Part shown: positions 50,569 through 61,000 of the stretch, one piece after another | Position numbering within the stretch: the stretch's first letter is position 1 | Layout of the letters: the number at the start of each line of letters is the position of its first letter | Source of the DNA: an uncultured Candidatus Entotheonella sp. | GTDB taxonomy: Bacteria > Tectomicrobia > Entotheonellia > Entotheonellales > Entotheonellaceae | Assembly (NCBI GenBank): GCA_965217185.1 | Contig: OZ244252.1 | Coordinates: forward strand, 1,120,001 to 1,184,000 | Direction of reading: 5' to 3' | DNA: 64,000 nucleotides | Translations under genes and position numbers: made by a program | Notes under the pieces: model-generated | Told to the model about the DNA's origin: nothing | The model's input: the letters and a program-made list of their open reading frames with translations, nothing else | The model's database searches: none

Positions 50569-50588
50569 GTACGGCAGATTGCTGTACA
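50569..50588 (+). promoter_or_regulatory. Probable TA operator palindrome in an AT-rich promoter
   Basis: GTACGGCA-GAT-TGCTGTAC imperfect inverted repeat upstream of the DUF1778 antitoxin. Confidence 0.5.
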
Positions 50589-50615
50589 TTGAAACCAAGC
50601 AAGGGAGACGAGACC

Positions 50616-50927
50616 ATGCTGAGCTTCCATGACAGTGCGGCCGCCATCGACGAGCCGAAGACGGCACGAATGGAGCAACGCACCAAACCGAGCGTTAAAG
50701 CGCAAATTCAGCAGGCAGTGGCTCTGCTCGGCATCGACGAGACCACGTTCGTAATCAGCGCGGCGCTGGAGCGAGCCAGGAGCACAATTGCCGATCATGA
50801 GCGTACGATCCTCACTGCCGAAGATCGTGATGTAATCCTTGCCGCTCTTGATACTCCTGCGGAGCCGACCGATGCCTTACGTCAGGCCATGGCTCTATAC
50901 AAAGCAGTGGTAGTATATGACGGCTAA
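50616..50927 (+). CDS. DUF1778 (TacA-like) antitoxin
   Basis: ARMEQR...IQQAVALLG..ETTFVISAA...LD.PAEP. Confidence 0.85.
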   Translation: MLSFHDSAAAIDEPKTARMEQRTKPSVKAQIQQAVALLGIDETTFVISAALERARSTIADHERTILTAEDRDVILAALDTPAEPTDALRQAMALYKAVVVYDG

Positions 50928-51492
50928 GGCCATTCTCAATGCGCAAGACGTAATCATTGAGCCGTTCGATCCTGCAAAACACGATCGAACGGCTTTTTCT
51001 TGTGGGACGACCCGTCTCGACAACTTTCTCAAACTTACCGCAAAGAAACAGCAAGCCGGAGACTTCACACGGGTTCGGGTTGCCACGGTTAGAGAACAAG
51101 TCGAAATTCTTGGCTATTATGCGCTGAATGCACATTTTCTCGAAGGCGATGATCTCCCAAGCGATCTGACAAAAAATGCGTCTTGGTCTGGCATTCCGGT
51201 TATCTACCTCTCGATGATAGCGGTCGACCGCCGCTATCAGGGCCGGGGGATCGGACGTACCCTCCTGGTGAGCGCATTGACTCGTGCCGCAAATGCCGCC
51301 AAGGATGTTGGGTTAAAGGCAGTAATACTCGACGTGATTGACGATGGCGGCGACGAAATTACCGAAAAACGTCGTACGTTCTATACGAGCATGGGGTTTA
51401 AGCCATTTCCATCGTCTCCGCTGAGAATGTTTATCACCATCGAGATGGTACGTAAGCTAGATCTCGACGGCATGTCCAACAAGGCGACATAA
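50917..51492 (+). CDS. GNAT acetyltransferase toxin (TacT/AtaT-like)
   Basis: HDRTAFSCG..LDNFL, IAVDRRYQGRGIG, FY..MGF. Confidence 0.88.
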   Translation: MTAKAILNAQDVIIEPFDPAKHDRTAFSCGTTRLDNFLKLTAKKQQAGDFTRVRVATVREQVEILGYYALNAHFLEGDDLPSDLTKNASWSGIPVIYLSMIAVDRRYQGRGIGRTLLVSALTRAANAAKDVGLKAVILDVIDDGGDEITEKRRTFYTSMGFKPFPSSPLRMFITIEMVRKLDLDGMSNKAT

Positions 51493-51509
51493 CCGCCCTT
51501 ATCGGAACA
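51482..51509 (-). other. dif-like site 6
   Basis: Plus strand AGGCGACATAA-CCGCCC-TTATCGGAACA; the toxin stop codon lies within the arm. Confidence 0.8.
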
Positions 51510-51868
51510 TGACAACTGGAGTGCAGAGTTCTGGAAACGGTTCACCGCCGATATGTTCGTCAACGCTTCTTGTAACCGATTGCGGCCTGCCATGAGAGAG
51601 AATTACCAGTTGAGATGTATCCGGGTGATTTCCAATGCGATCAGGTTCAGTCCACTGTATCGTCTCATGCTTGTCGTCTTTGATCACCCGCAGGTCGGTA
51701 CTTGTCTTGCATATAGCCACGCGTTCGAACCTTCGGTCCTTATGCCTGGTCCGCAGCGATATGGCAATCCAAACTCTCGGCGACGATTTGCGTAGTATGC
51801 CATAGCGTACCCTGAGTGTTTTGCCCGCGTATCAAGCAATCACAGTACCTCTTCGATAAATTTCTGAG

Positions 51869-53340
51869 CTCGACTTTGTACAAAATGAGGAAGTATCCAG
51901 GGACATCACCCCTGTGTTGTAGGATGGCAGTTTCCACCCAAACCATCTTGCAGCGAGGTCAGCGATGTCCCCTTCAGCAAACAGTAGCACCGTGCTGGCG
52001 CCCTTTCAAAGTCTCTTCAGCGCACCCACTTGGCGCAAAGTCCAACGCCTTTTCATCGGAACTTTGCTGGCCCACGGACGACGCACCGTGACGGCAGCCC
52101 TGAGACACACCGGACAGGACGACACGCCGTCCTTCAGTCTCTACCATCAGGTGTTCAACCGTGCCCGCTGGTCCGCTCTCAAAGGCAGTCGCTGTCTGCT
52201 GTCCTTGCTGGTGCAGACCTTCGACGCTGCTGGCGGCAGCCTCACGTTCGTCATTGATGAAACTCTGGAGAGGCGCTGGGGCCGACGTATCAGCAAGCGC
52301 GGTCATTACCGCGACCCGCTGGCTTCCAGCCGCAAGCGCACCGTCAGCACCAGTGGCCTTCGCTGGATCGTGCTGACCCTGGTTGTCACGCCACCCTGGA
52401 ACAACCGTTGTTGGGCTTTACCTATCTTGAGCGTGCCGGCGCCAACGCCACAAGTCAGTGAGCGCCTGGGACTGAGACACAAGACCGTCGCCCAGTGGGC
52501 ACGCCAGATGATTCGGGTGGTGCGCCGTTGGTTGCCGCAAGTCGCCATCACCGTGCTTGGGGATCAATCCTACAGTGTCGTCGAGCTCGGGCATGCCTGT
52601 CGGCAGTGTGAGGTGCGCCTGATTGCCCCCTTGCGCCTCGATGCGGTGCTTCACGAAGCGCCACCGCCTCGCCAGCCGGGCACGCGGGGACGACCCCGTC
52701 ACAAGGGCAAGCGGCTGCCCAGTTTGGTCGAGCGCCTGCACGACGCGGCGACTCCTTGGCAATGCCTGCGTGTACGCTGGTACGATGGCCGCGTGCGACG
52801 GTTGCAGGTCAGTAGCGGCACGGCACTATGGTACCGCAGCGGCCAGCCAGTGCTGCCGCTGCGGTGGGTCCTGGTACGTCCCTGTGACGCTCAGTGCCCA
52901 CCACGGGCCTTCTTCTCGACGTGTCCCAGTGACCAGGCAGGCGATGTCGTGGCGTGTTTCATCAAGCGCTGGAGCATTGAGACGACCTTCGAAGAGAGCC
53001 GTGCCCACTTGGGCTTTGAGACCCAGCGTCAGTGGTCTGACTTGGCGATTGAACGGACCACGCCGTGTCTGCTGAGCTTGTATTCGCTGGTGGTGCTGCT
53101 GGCTCATGGCCTGTATCTGGACGGTCGCTTGGCGGTGCGACAGAGTGCTTGGTATGCCAAGGAGCAGGCGACGTTTAGCGACGCTTTGGCAGCGGTACGG
53201 CAGCACCTGTGGAAGGTCGAGTATTTTTCAACATCAACGCCCGATACCGAGTGGGTAGAAATCCCTCGGGTCTATCTGCAGGGCTTGATGCAATCGGCCT
53301 GTTACACGCACTGACTTGACCAAATTCGTACAAAGTCGAG
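51869..53340 (+). mobile_element. Complete IS701-family element; transposase 51965-53314
   Basis: IR CTCGACTTTGTAC at both ends; CTGAG duplicated on both sides. Confidence 0.9.
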
Positions 53341-53417
53341 CTGAGAGTCTGTTCCATAAATCGACGACACCTCAAAAACAGGACTGGCACTCAGGGGATA
53401 CGCTTTGCTGACCGCAA

Positions 53418-53735
53418 TGCTCATTGGTGCTCTGTGCGCTCAGACGCTAGCAGCGGATTTTTAGGCCGGGGTGGAGGCGCTTGAGCGGGGCGACTACGCG
53501 GTAGCCCTGCGCGAGTTTCGTCCCCTGGCCGAGCAGGGCATGGCCGTGCCACCGGACCCTGCCGAAGCCATGAAGTGGCTTCTCTTGGCCGGCGAACAGG
53601 GAGATGCCTCGGCGCAACGTGCCCTGGATGTCATGTACGGCTTCGGCATAGGCGTACCGGAAGACGATGCCGAGGCGGTGAAGTGGTACCGCAAGGGCGC
53701 CGAGCAAGGCGACCCCATGGCGCAGTACTTCCTGG
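53418..53735 (+). pseudogene. Sel1-repeat protein remnant
   Basis: GDYAVALREFRPLAEQG, EAVKWYRKGAEQG; in-frame TAG after the signal peptide; truncated. Confidence 0.75.
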
Positions 53736-53877
53736 AGGGTCCAGGACTCAACGAGTTCACGCCCGCTCCAGTATTGCTTCATCCGTCTCCGCCTCTGAAA
53801 AGGGGTTCAGAATCGAGTTGGATGAACTATACCGGAGCCGAATTTGGCACTCTGTGACAGCTATGTTGTTACTGGGC

Positions 53878-54624
53878 GTGCGACCTGAAGTCGCATTTGT
53901 TGAGTGATTCCCACAAGGAATCCTAGCCAGTGTGTAGGCTAGTCGCCAGTCTCGCGTGCGTCACTGGTAACGGTGGGGTGCGAAGCCGAGACGAAAAGCC
54001 TAATGGGAAAGGCAGCCACAGCCTGACTCAGGGCAAGGCGAAGATCGGTAAGGTGAATGTCTATGAACCTTCGCGGGATGCGTCGTAAACAACAGCCACC
54101 GAAAAGATGGATGAAACGGTGGTGCAGGGCCGCAAGTGACAAGGGAAACGCCCAGGTTCCCTTCGCGCACACCACAGGCTCCGGCGTAGAGAAGGCACCT
54201 AACCCGATCGTTTCTCAGGGATGCGGAACAGGGTAACCCCGTTGAGGTCTGACCTTCGGGTCAGTTACCCGACCGCGAGGAAGGGCCAACCCCTCAGCGG
54301 GAACAGGAGGTTGCAAGAAGCGAACGCCAGCCGCCGAAAGGCAAAGCGAAAACATAAGCTGCTGGATAGGGCTTATGCCCAACCCGAAAGGGCGCTGACG
54401 TGCAACTGGTGAACCGGCCATAGAGGGTAGCGAAGATGACTTATCCTGGCGGATGTTAGATGCAGCCAGCAAGGCTGCAAACAGAGCCAGGACGCCGGCC
54501 ATAAGTGGGCGCGCCATCTGAGGCAGCCAATCTGTGACTGGTTTGCTTGAGCTGTGTGAAGGGAAACTTTCATGCACAGTTCTGAGGGGAGGGGGTTGCC
54601 AGCAATGGCACCTCCTTACCCGAC
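53878..54624 (+). ncRNA. Group II intron without intron-encoded protein
   Basis: 5' GTGCG; domain V GAGCTGTGTGAAGGGAAACTTTCATGCACAGTTC (54549-54582); domain VI ending CCCGAC. Confidence 0.85.
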
Positions 54625-54706
54625 CGGATTCGGCGACCGCTTTGGCGCCCGATGGTCACTGTAGTAGGCAGATGGATCATGATCAGGAAGGCGCTCCCCA
54701 CGTTCA

Positions 54707-55783
54707 ATGAAAGGCCTTTCGCCCATGTCAGGTGATGCACCCTTTCGACTGTTGCCGGGGCGTGTCGTTCTCGCCGTACTTCTGGCTGTCGTGCTCTCAG
54801 GACCGTCAGTGTCAGCGGTGTCAGGTGAAACCGAATGGGGCACGGTTGCCACGCCGTTGCGCATGGTGAACCTCAACCCGTTTCAGCTTGTTCACGGCGT
54901 CCCCGGATCCTTCGGGACCCGCGTTACAACGCCGCAGGAAACGGAAGCGATCCTGTCGCTCGATATCGCCTCGCACTTGCTTGCAGCCAAGGCAGGTGTA
55001 GAGCGGGTCCTGCTCGACGGCGAGACATACAGGCTGGGGCTTTCCATACGGAAGGGCTTTGCGGAACGTTGGGAGTACTTCGTCGACGTCTCCTCCGTTG
55101 CGCACCGCTCCGGTCTATTCGATGGGTTCATCGAGAACTGGCACAACGTCTTTGGCCTACCTCAGGGCAACCGGGACCGGGCGCCACGGGACCGCCTCGT
55201 ACTGTTTTACGCCGATGAGGCCTCGACCCATATCGACATCCGCCAAAATACGGCGTCTCTTGGTGACACCAGCATCGGGATTGGCTATGCCCTGCCAGCG
55301 GCGACGCTGGCTAATGACGGTCTTGCGTTCCGGGCAAGCCTCAAGCTTCCCACCGGTAATGACAACTCCCTTGCAGGTTCTGGCAGCTTCTCAGGGTCTC
55401 TCTGGGCTGAAACGTCGGGCGTCCTCCCCGGAGCGGACGAGGCGCGCGCCTGGCTCTACGCGGCGACGCTGGGTGTATTGGCCGCGCAGACTCCCCAAGG
55501 TCTTCCGGAGCTTGGCAACCGGGTGATGACCTTCGCAAGATTCGGTATCACTTGGCGGCCCTTCGATCGGCTCACACTGACAACGCAGATTGATGTCCAC
55601 ACCTCGCCCTACAGTGACGCGACGGTCGCACCGTTGGCCGACACGGCTGTCATTCTCGGCATGGGCGGTGCATTGAGAATCTCGGAACATGCGACACTCG
55701 AGATTGCAGTGACGGAAGATGACGGCTCGCGGAGGGCAGCGCCAGATGTGGGCTTTCATGCAGCGCTGCGCTGGAACCTTTAG
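54707..55783 (+). CDS. DUF3187-like putative outer-membrane protein
   Basis: Signal peptide; LDGET, DGFIENWH..FGLPQG.R, LKLPTG; beta-strand C-terminus. Confidence 0.7.
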   Translation: MKGLSPMSGDAPFRLLPGRVVLAVLLAVVLSGPSVSAVSGETEWGTVATPLRMVNLNPFQLVHGVPGSFGTRVTTPQETEAILSLDIASHLLAAKAGVERVLLDGETYRLGLSIRKGFAERWEYFVDVSSVAHRSGLFDGFIENWHNVFGLPQGNRDRAPRDRLVLFYADEASTHIDIRQNTASLGDTSIGIGYALPAATLANDGLAFRASLKLPTGNDNSLAGSGSFSGSLWAETSGVLPGADEARAWLYAATLGVLAAQTPQGLPELGNRVMTFARFGITWRPFDRLTLTTQIDVHTSPYSDATVAPLADTAVILGMGGALRISEHATLEIAVTEDDGSRRAAPDVGFHAALRWNL

Positions 55784-55839
55784 AGCCGGTAACTCCCTGA
55801 CGTGATGTAAGCGGAAAAGGAGGGGGTTTTTGCGTCCGA

Positions 55840-55867
55840 AGGCGACATGAAACTGATGAGATAACCA
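55840..55867 (-). other. Degenerate dif-like half site 7
   Basis: GGGG.TTTTT.CGTCCGAAGGCGACAT context shared with site 5; second arm lost. Confidence 0.45.
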
Positions 55868-56001
55868 CTGTGCCTGTATAGCTCCGTGAGTTTCCTCGTG
55901 GGCCACACCGTTACTGCTATACCCATGGCCTGCCTCCGCTATCCATCCCTCCGGTCTGAAAAATGCAGGCACCTACGCGCAAAGGCTGATTGGCGTCTCC
56001 C

Positions 56002-57324
56002 TTAGTTGAACACGTAGCGCGGCAGCCACGTCGACAGTTCCGGGAAGAAGGCGACGAGCATCAGCCCGATAATCTGGATGATGACGAACGGAATGATGCC
56101 GCGGTAAATCTGTCCGGTGGTGACCTGCCCCGGCGCCACGCCCCGGAAATAAAACAGGGCAAACCCGAAGGGCGGCGTGAGGAAGGACGTTTGCAGGTTG
56201 ATGCCCAGCAGGACGCCGTACCACAGCGGGTCGAAGCCCATGGCGCTCAGGATGGGGGCGATGACCGGCAGGTGGATGAAGGCGATTTCGATGTAGTCCA
56301 GGAAGAATCCCAGCAGGAACACCACCCCCATGATGCAGGCGAAGATGGCCCAGTTGGGCAGGTCGAGCTGATTGACCATGTCGTGGATCAGGATGTCGCC
56401 GCCCAGGCCGCGAAACGCCAAGCCGAAGGCGGTGGCGCCGACCAGGATGATGAACACCATGCTGGTCAGGCGGGTGGTCGTTTCCATCACCTCGCGCAGC
56501 ATTTTCATGTTGAACCTGCCGCTGAAGATGCTGAGCAGGAGAGCGCCGGAAGCGCCCATGGCGGCCGCCTCGGTGGGCGCCGCGATGCCGAAGAAGATGG
56601 AGCCGAGCACGGCGAGCATCAGGAACAGGGGCGGGATGAGCACCTTGCCGATTCGTTTCAAGAGTTCGGGGGTAGAAATCGCCGTGCGCTCCTCGCGCGG
56701 AATCGGCGGTGCCGTCTGCGGGCGGAAGATCGAGACGCCGAGGAGGTACAGGACGTACAGGGCGGCCAGGCTGATGCCCGGAATGAGCGCGCCGAGGAAA
56801 AGATCGCCGACCGGCACGCCGAGGATATCCCCCACCAGCACGAGCACGATGCTCGGCGGGATGATCTGGCCCAGGGTGCCGGAGGCGCAGATGACGCCGG
56901 ATGCCAGCCCGTGGTCGTAGTTGCGCCGCAGCATGGTGGGCAGGGCGATCAGACCCATGGTGGTGACGGTGGCGCCGACGATGCCGGTGGACGCCGCCAG
57001 CAGCGTGCCCACGATGACGACCGAGATTGCCAGCCCGCCCGGCAGCCGCCCCAGCACCAGCCCCATCGTTTCCAGCAGGTCCTCCGCCAGCCGGGAGCGC
57101 TCCAGCGTGGCGCCCATGAAGACGAACAGCGTGACCGCGATGAGGGTGAAGTTGGTCATGATGCCCCAGATGCGCAGGGGCAGCAGGTTGAAGAAGTCCA
57201 GCCCGAAGCCGTACAGCCCGAAGGCCAAGGCCGTGCCGCAGATGGTGAAGGCGATCGGGTAGCCCGCCAGAATCAGCAGGCTGAAGACCAGGAACATCAG
57301 TGCCGGAAGCAGATCGGTCATCAT
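56002..57324 (-). CDS. dctM: TRAP transporter large permease
   Basis: ASGTLGQIIPPS, PTEAAAMG, QTSFLTPPFG. Confidence 0.92.
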   Translation of the reverse strand: MMTDLLPALMFLVFSLLILAGYPIAFTICGTALAFGLYGFGLDFFNLLPLRIWGIMTNFTLIAVTLFVFMGATLERSRLAEDLLETMGLVLGRLPGGLAISVVIVGTLLAASTGIVGATVTTMGLIALPTMLRRNYDHGLASGVICASGTLGQIIPPSIVLVLVGDILGVPVGDLFLGALIPGISLAALYVLYLLGVSIFRPQTAPPIPREERTAISTPELLKRIGKVLIPPLFLMLAVLGSIFFGIAAPTEAAAMGASGALLLSIFSGRFNMKMLREVMETTTRLTSMVFIILVGATAFGLAFRGLGGDILIHDMVNQLDLPNWAIFACIMGVVFLLGFFLDYIEIAFIHLPVIAPILSAMGFDPLWYGVLLGINLQTSFLTPPFGFALFYFRGVAPGQVTTGQIYRGIIPFVIIQIIGLMLVAFFPELSTWLPRYVFN

Positions 57325-57839
57325 TGCGGCAGCTCCTTTCCCAGCACTACGAACAGGTTCTTGATTGTTGCCGAAACGCCTTGCAACGCCACCAGCACGA
57401 AGCCGATTGGGATGACCGATTTCAGGATGTAACGTGCCGGAATGCCGCCGGGGTCGGGCGAGCCCTCCAGGACCGTCCAGGCGTTGATCACGAAGGGGAT
57501 GGACGTCCAGATCAGCAGGAAGCAGGTGGGAAAGAGGAACAGGACGCCGAAGATGAGCTCGATCCAGGCCTGCGCGTGGGGCGACAGGTTGGCGTGCACG
57601 ATATCGACCCGCACGTGGTCGCCCTTGAGGTGCGTGTAACCGGCGGCAATCAGGAACAGGACGGCGAACAGGTGCCACTCCAATTCCTGGATGAAGACGT
57701 AGGTGATGTCGAACAGGTATCGCATGACCACGTCATAGGTGGTCACCAGGACCAGGGTGAGGGTGAGCCAGGCAATGTTCTGCCCTACCTTTTCGTTCAG
57801 GCGGTCAATACCCCGCACAACGGCGGAAAGAAAATTCAT
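57321..57839 (-). CDS. dctQ: TRAP transporter small permease
   Basis: QELEWHL, HVRVDI; 4 TM; overlaps the dctM start. Confidence 0.9.
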   Translation of the reverse strand: MNFLSAVVRGIDRLNEKVGQNIAWLTLTLVLVTTYDVVMRYLFDITYVFIQELEWHLFAVLFLIAAGYTHLKGDHVRVDIVHANLSPHAQAWIELIFGVLFLFPTCFLLIWTSIPFVINAWTVLEGSPDPGGIPARYILKSVIPIGFVLVALQGVSATIKNLFVVLGKELPQ

Positions 57840-58029
57840 GCCGTCTCCCCTTCCCTATCGGGTTCACGGTCCGTTCAGGCGGCGATCTTGCGGGTCGCGG
57901 AAAGCTGGGCATTATACGCGAAAGCGCCGCCGAAGGCGCATTGACTGCCCCATGGGGCTGCGCTACCCTGCCCGCCTGCCGCCTATCCCTCGCTTCGGGC
58001 GGCGCCTGAGTTCTCAAGGAGCTCCTCCC

Positions 58030-61000
58030 GTGGCTTTCTACGCCGACCTGCACGTCCACTCCAAATACTCCCGTGCCACCAGCCCCAACTGTGACCTGGA
58101 ACACTTGGCGTTGTGGGCTCGCAAGAAAGGCATCACTGTCGTCGGGACGGGAGACTTCACCCATCCGGCCTGGCTGGCTGAGCTGCAGGACAAACTGGTG
58201 CCCGCTGAGCCGGGACTGTTCCGCTTGCGGCCGGACCTGGAGCGGGCCATCACCGCCCGACTGCCGCGTGCCTGTCACGGCCCCACGCGCTTCATGCTGT
58301 CGGTTGAGATATCCACGATTTACAAGAAGGACGAGGCGACCCGCAAAATCCACCATCTCATCTACGCGCCGGACTTTGCGACCGTTGAAGAGGTCAACCA
58401 CCGCCTCGGCAAGATTGGTAATCTGAATTCCGACGGACGGCCCATTTTGGGCCTGGATTCCCGCCATCTCCTGGAAATCACCCTCGAATCGAGGCCGGGA
58501 GCGTATCTCGTGCCCGCCCACATCTGGACGCCCTGGTTCGCCGCCTTGGGCTCGAAATCCGGCTTTGACTCGATTGACCTGTGCTATGCCGATCTGGCGC
58601 CACACATTTTTGCCGTAGAGACCGGTCTGTCGTCGGACCCGCCGATGAATTGGCGGGTGTCGTCTTTGGACCGCTTCCGCTTGGTTTCCAACTCGGATGC
58701 CCACTCGCCTGAAAAGCTCGGCAGAGAAGCCTGCATGTTCACTGGCGACCTGGATTACTTTGCCATCCGCCGGGCGCTGGAAACCGGCGAAGGGTATGCG
58801 GGAACCGTGGAGTTTTTCCCGGAGGAAGGCAAGTACCACCTGGACGGGCATCGCGCCTGCCAGATGCGGTTGGAACCCCACGAGACCCGCGCCGCCGGCG
58901 GCACCTGCTCCGTGTGCGGCAAGGCGCTCACGGTTGGCGTGATGCACCGCGTGGAAGCCTTGGCCGACCGCATGGACGATGCGCCGCCTGACACGGCGGG
59001 CGGTGTACAGAGCCTCGTGCCGCTGCCCGAAGTGCTGTCGGAACTCCATCAGGTCGGCAGCAAGAGCAAACGCGTGGGCTACCACTATGAACAGTTGCTG
59101 GGGCAGCTTGGCCCCGAGTTGCCGCTGCTCACCGACGTGCCGCTGGACGACATACGCCGCGTGACGTCCTCCTTGTTTGCGGAGGCCATCACGCGCCTGC
59201 GCGAACGTCGTGTTATCCGCGAGGCCGGCTACGATGGCGCCTACGGGACGATTCGGCTTTTTCAACCGGACGAGCTGCGCCGCCATACATTCGGGAAGTC
59301 CTTGTTTGGGGACACCGTGCTGCTTCCTCTACCGCCACCTGACAATCCTTCCCCAGCAGCTCCGGTGTCGCACGAGCCGGCACCTGGACCCACTCCAATG
59401 ATGCGTGAAGCTCCTGCTGTCTACCAGCAAGGAAACGGGGTGGCCCCGGAGTTGGATGCGGACCAGCGACGGGCCGTCGAGGCCGGGACAGGTCCCATCC
59501 TCGTCGTAGCCGGGCCGGGCTCCGGCAAAACCCGGACATTGACCCATCGCATTGCGCATCTGATCCGCCACTACGATGTGCCCGCGGCTCACTGCCTGGC
59601 CATTACGTTTACCCGGCGCGCGGCAGACGAGATGCGATCTCGCCTGCAAATCCTGCTCCCCGATGTTTGGAAACATGTCCCGATCTTCACCTTTCACGCC
59701 TTGGGTCTTTCCATCCTCCGGGAACACTGGAATGCGGCCGGTTTGCAGCGTGGCTTCCGTATCGCGACGCCGGCGCAATGCCTTGAAATCGTGCGGAACG
59801 AGGCGGAGGTTTCCGAGTTGCAAGCTCGCCGCCTGCTGTCGGCGGTCTCGCTTGCCAAGCGAACGCAGACGACGCCAAAGTCGGCCAAGGCGGCGCATAG
59901 CTACGAGACCTATCAACGTGAACTGACGTTGCGCAACCTGGTGGACTACGACGATCTGGTGGGGTTGGCGGCTGACGTGTTGGCGTCGCAGCCGGACCTG
60001 CAGGCGTCTTTCCGTGAGCGCTATCCCTGGGTATTCATTGATGAGTATCAGGACGTTGACGAGCAACAGGTGCGTCTGGTCAAGCGACTCGTGCCGGCGG
60101 ACGGAAACGTATGTGCGATTGGGGATGGGAATCAGTCGATTTATGGCTTCCGGGGTGCTGACGTCCGCTTTTTCGACCGATTTCAGGATGACTTTCCGGG
60201 CGTAGAGGTAATCCGGCTGCGGCAGAATTATCGCTCCCAACCCCACATCGTCAGGTTGTCTACGCAGCTCATGGCGCGGTCGGCGTTTCGACCCGAGTTT
60301 GCGTCAGCCCATCGCAACAATGGCCATCGGATTATGTTGCACGAAGCAGCCAGCGAGGCGGCGGAGGCGGAGTTTGTGGTTCGTACCGTCGAGCAACTGC
60401 TGGGCGGCCATTCGTTTTTCTCGATCGATAGCGGTCGGGCTGCGGAAGCCGCGGTGGACAATTTGTCCTTTCCGGACATCGCGGTGCTGTATCGCACGGA
60501 GGCTCAGGCGCCGGCACTCGTCGAGGCGTTGCAGCGATCCGGCATGCCGTTCCAGCACCGTTCCCATCGTCTCCTTATCGATCACCCGGGGGTTGCCGCC
60601 GTCGTCGAGACCCTGATGCAGCGCGAGGGTTCGGGATCGCTTGACGAACAGCTTAATGCCGCCGTCGCGTCGCGCGTGCGCAATGGCAACGCGGAGGCTG
60701 GCGCGGCGACTGCGGATTGCCTCAAAGCGTTGGATTATCTGCAGCCGTTGGCGGCGGCGTGCGGCAATGATGTCGAGCGGTTTGTCGCGGAGTTGGCCTT
60801 GGGGATTCAAGTGGATACCTGGGATCCGCGGGCCGACCGAATTTCCTTGCTGACGCTGCACGCCGCCAAAGGCCTGGAATTTCCGGTTGTCTTCATTGTG
60901 GGATGCGAAGACGGCCTGTTGCCGCTCACCTGGGGTGAGCGCAGCCAGGCGGAACTCGATGAAGAACGACGACTGTTTTATGTGGGAATGACGCGGGCCA

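Noticed and set aside
45364..51509. 28-bp repeats as a CRISPR array or integron attC sites
   Set aside because: Spacing is 50-3800 bp with whole genes between repeats, there are no cas or intI genes, and no RYYYAAC...GTTRRRY long hairpins; the 11-6-11 layout fits Xer sites
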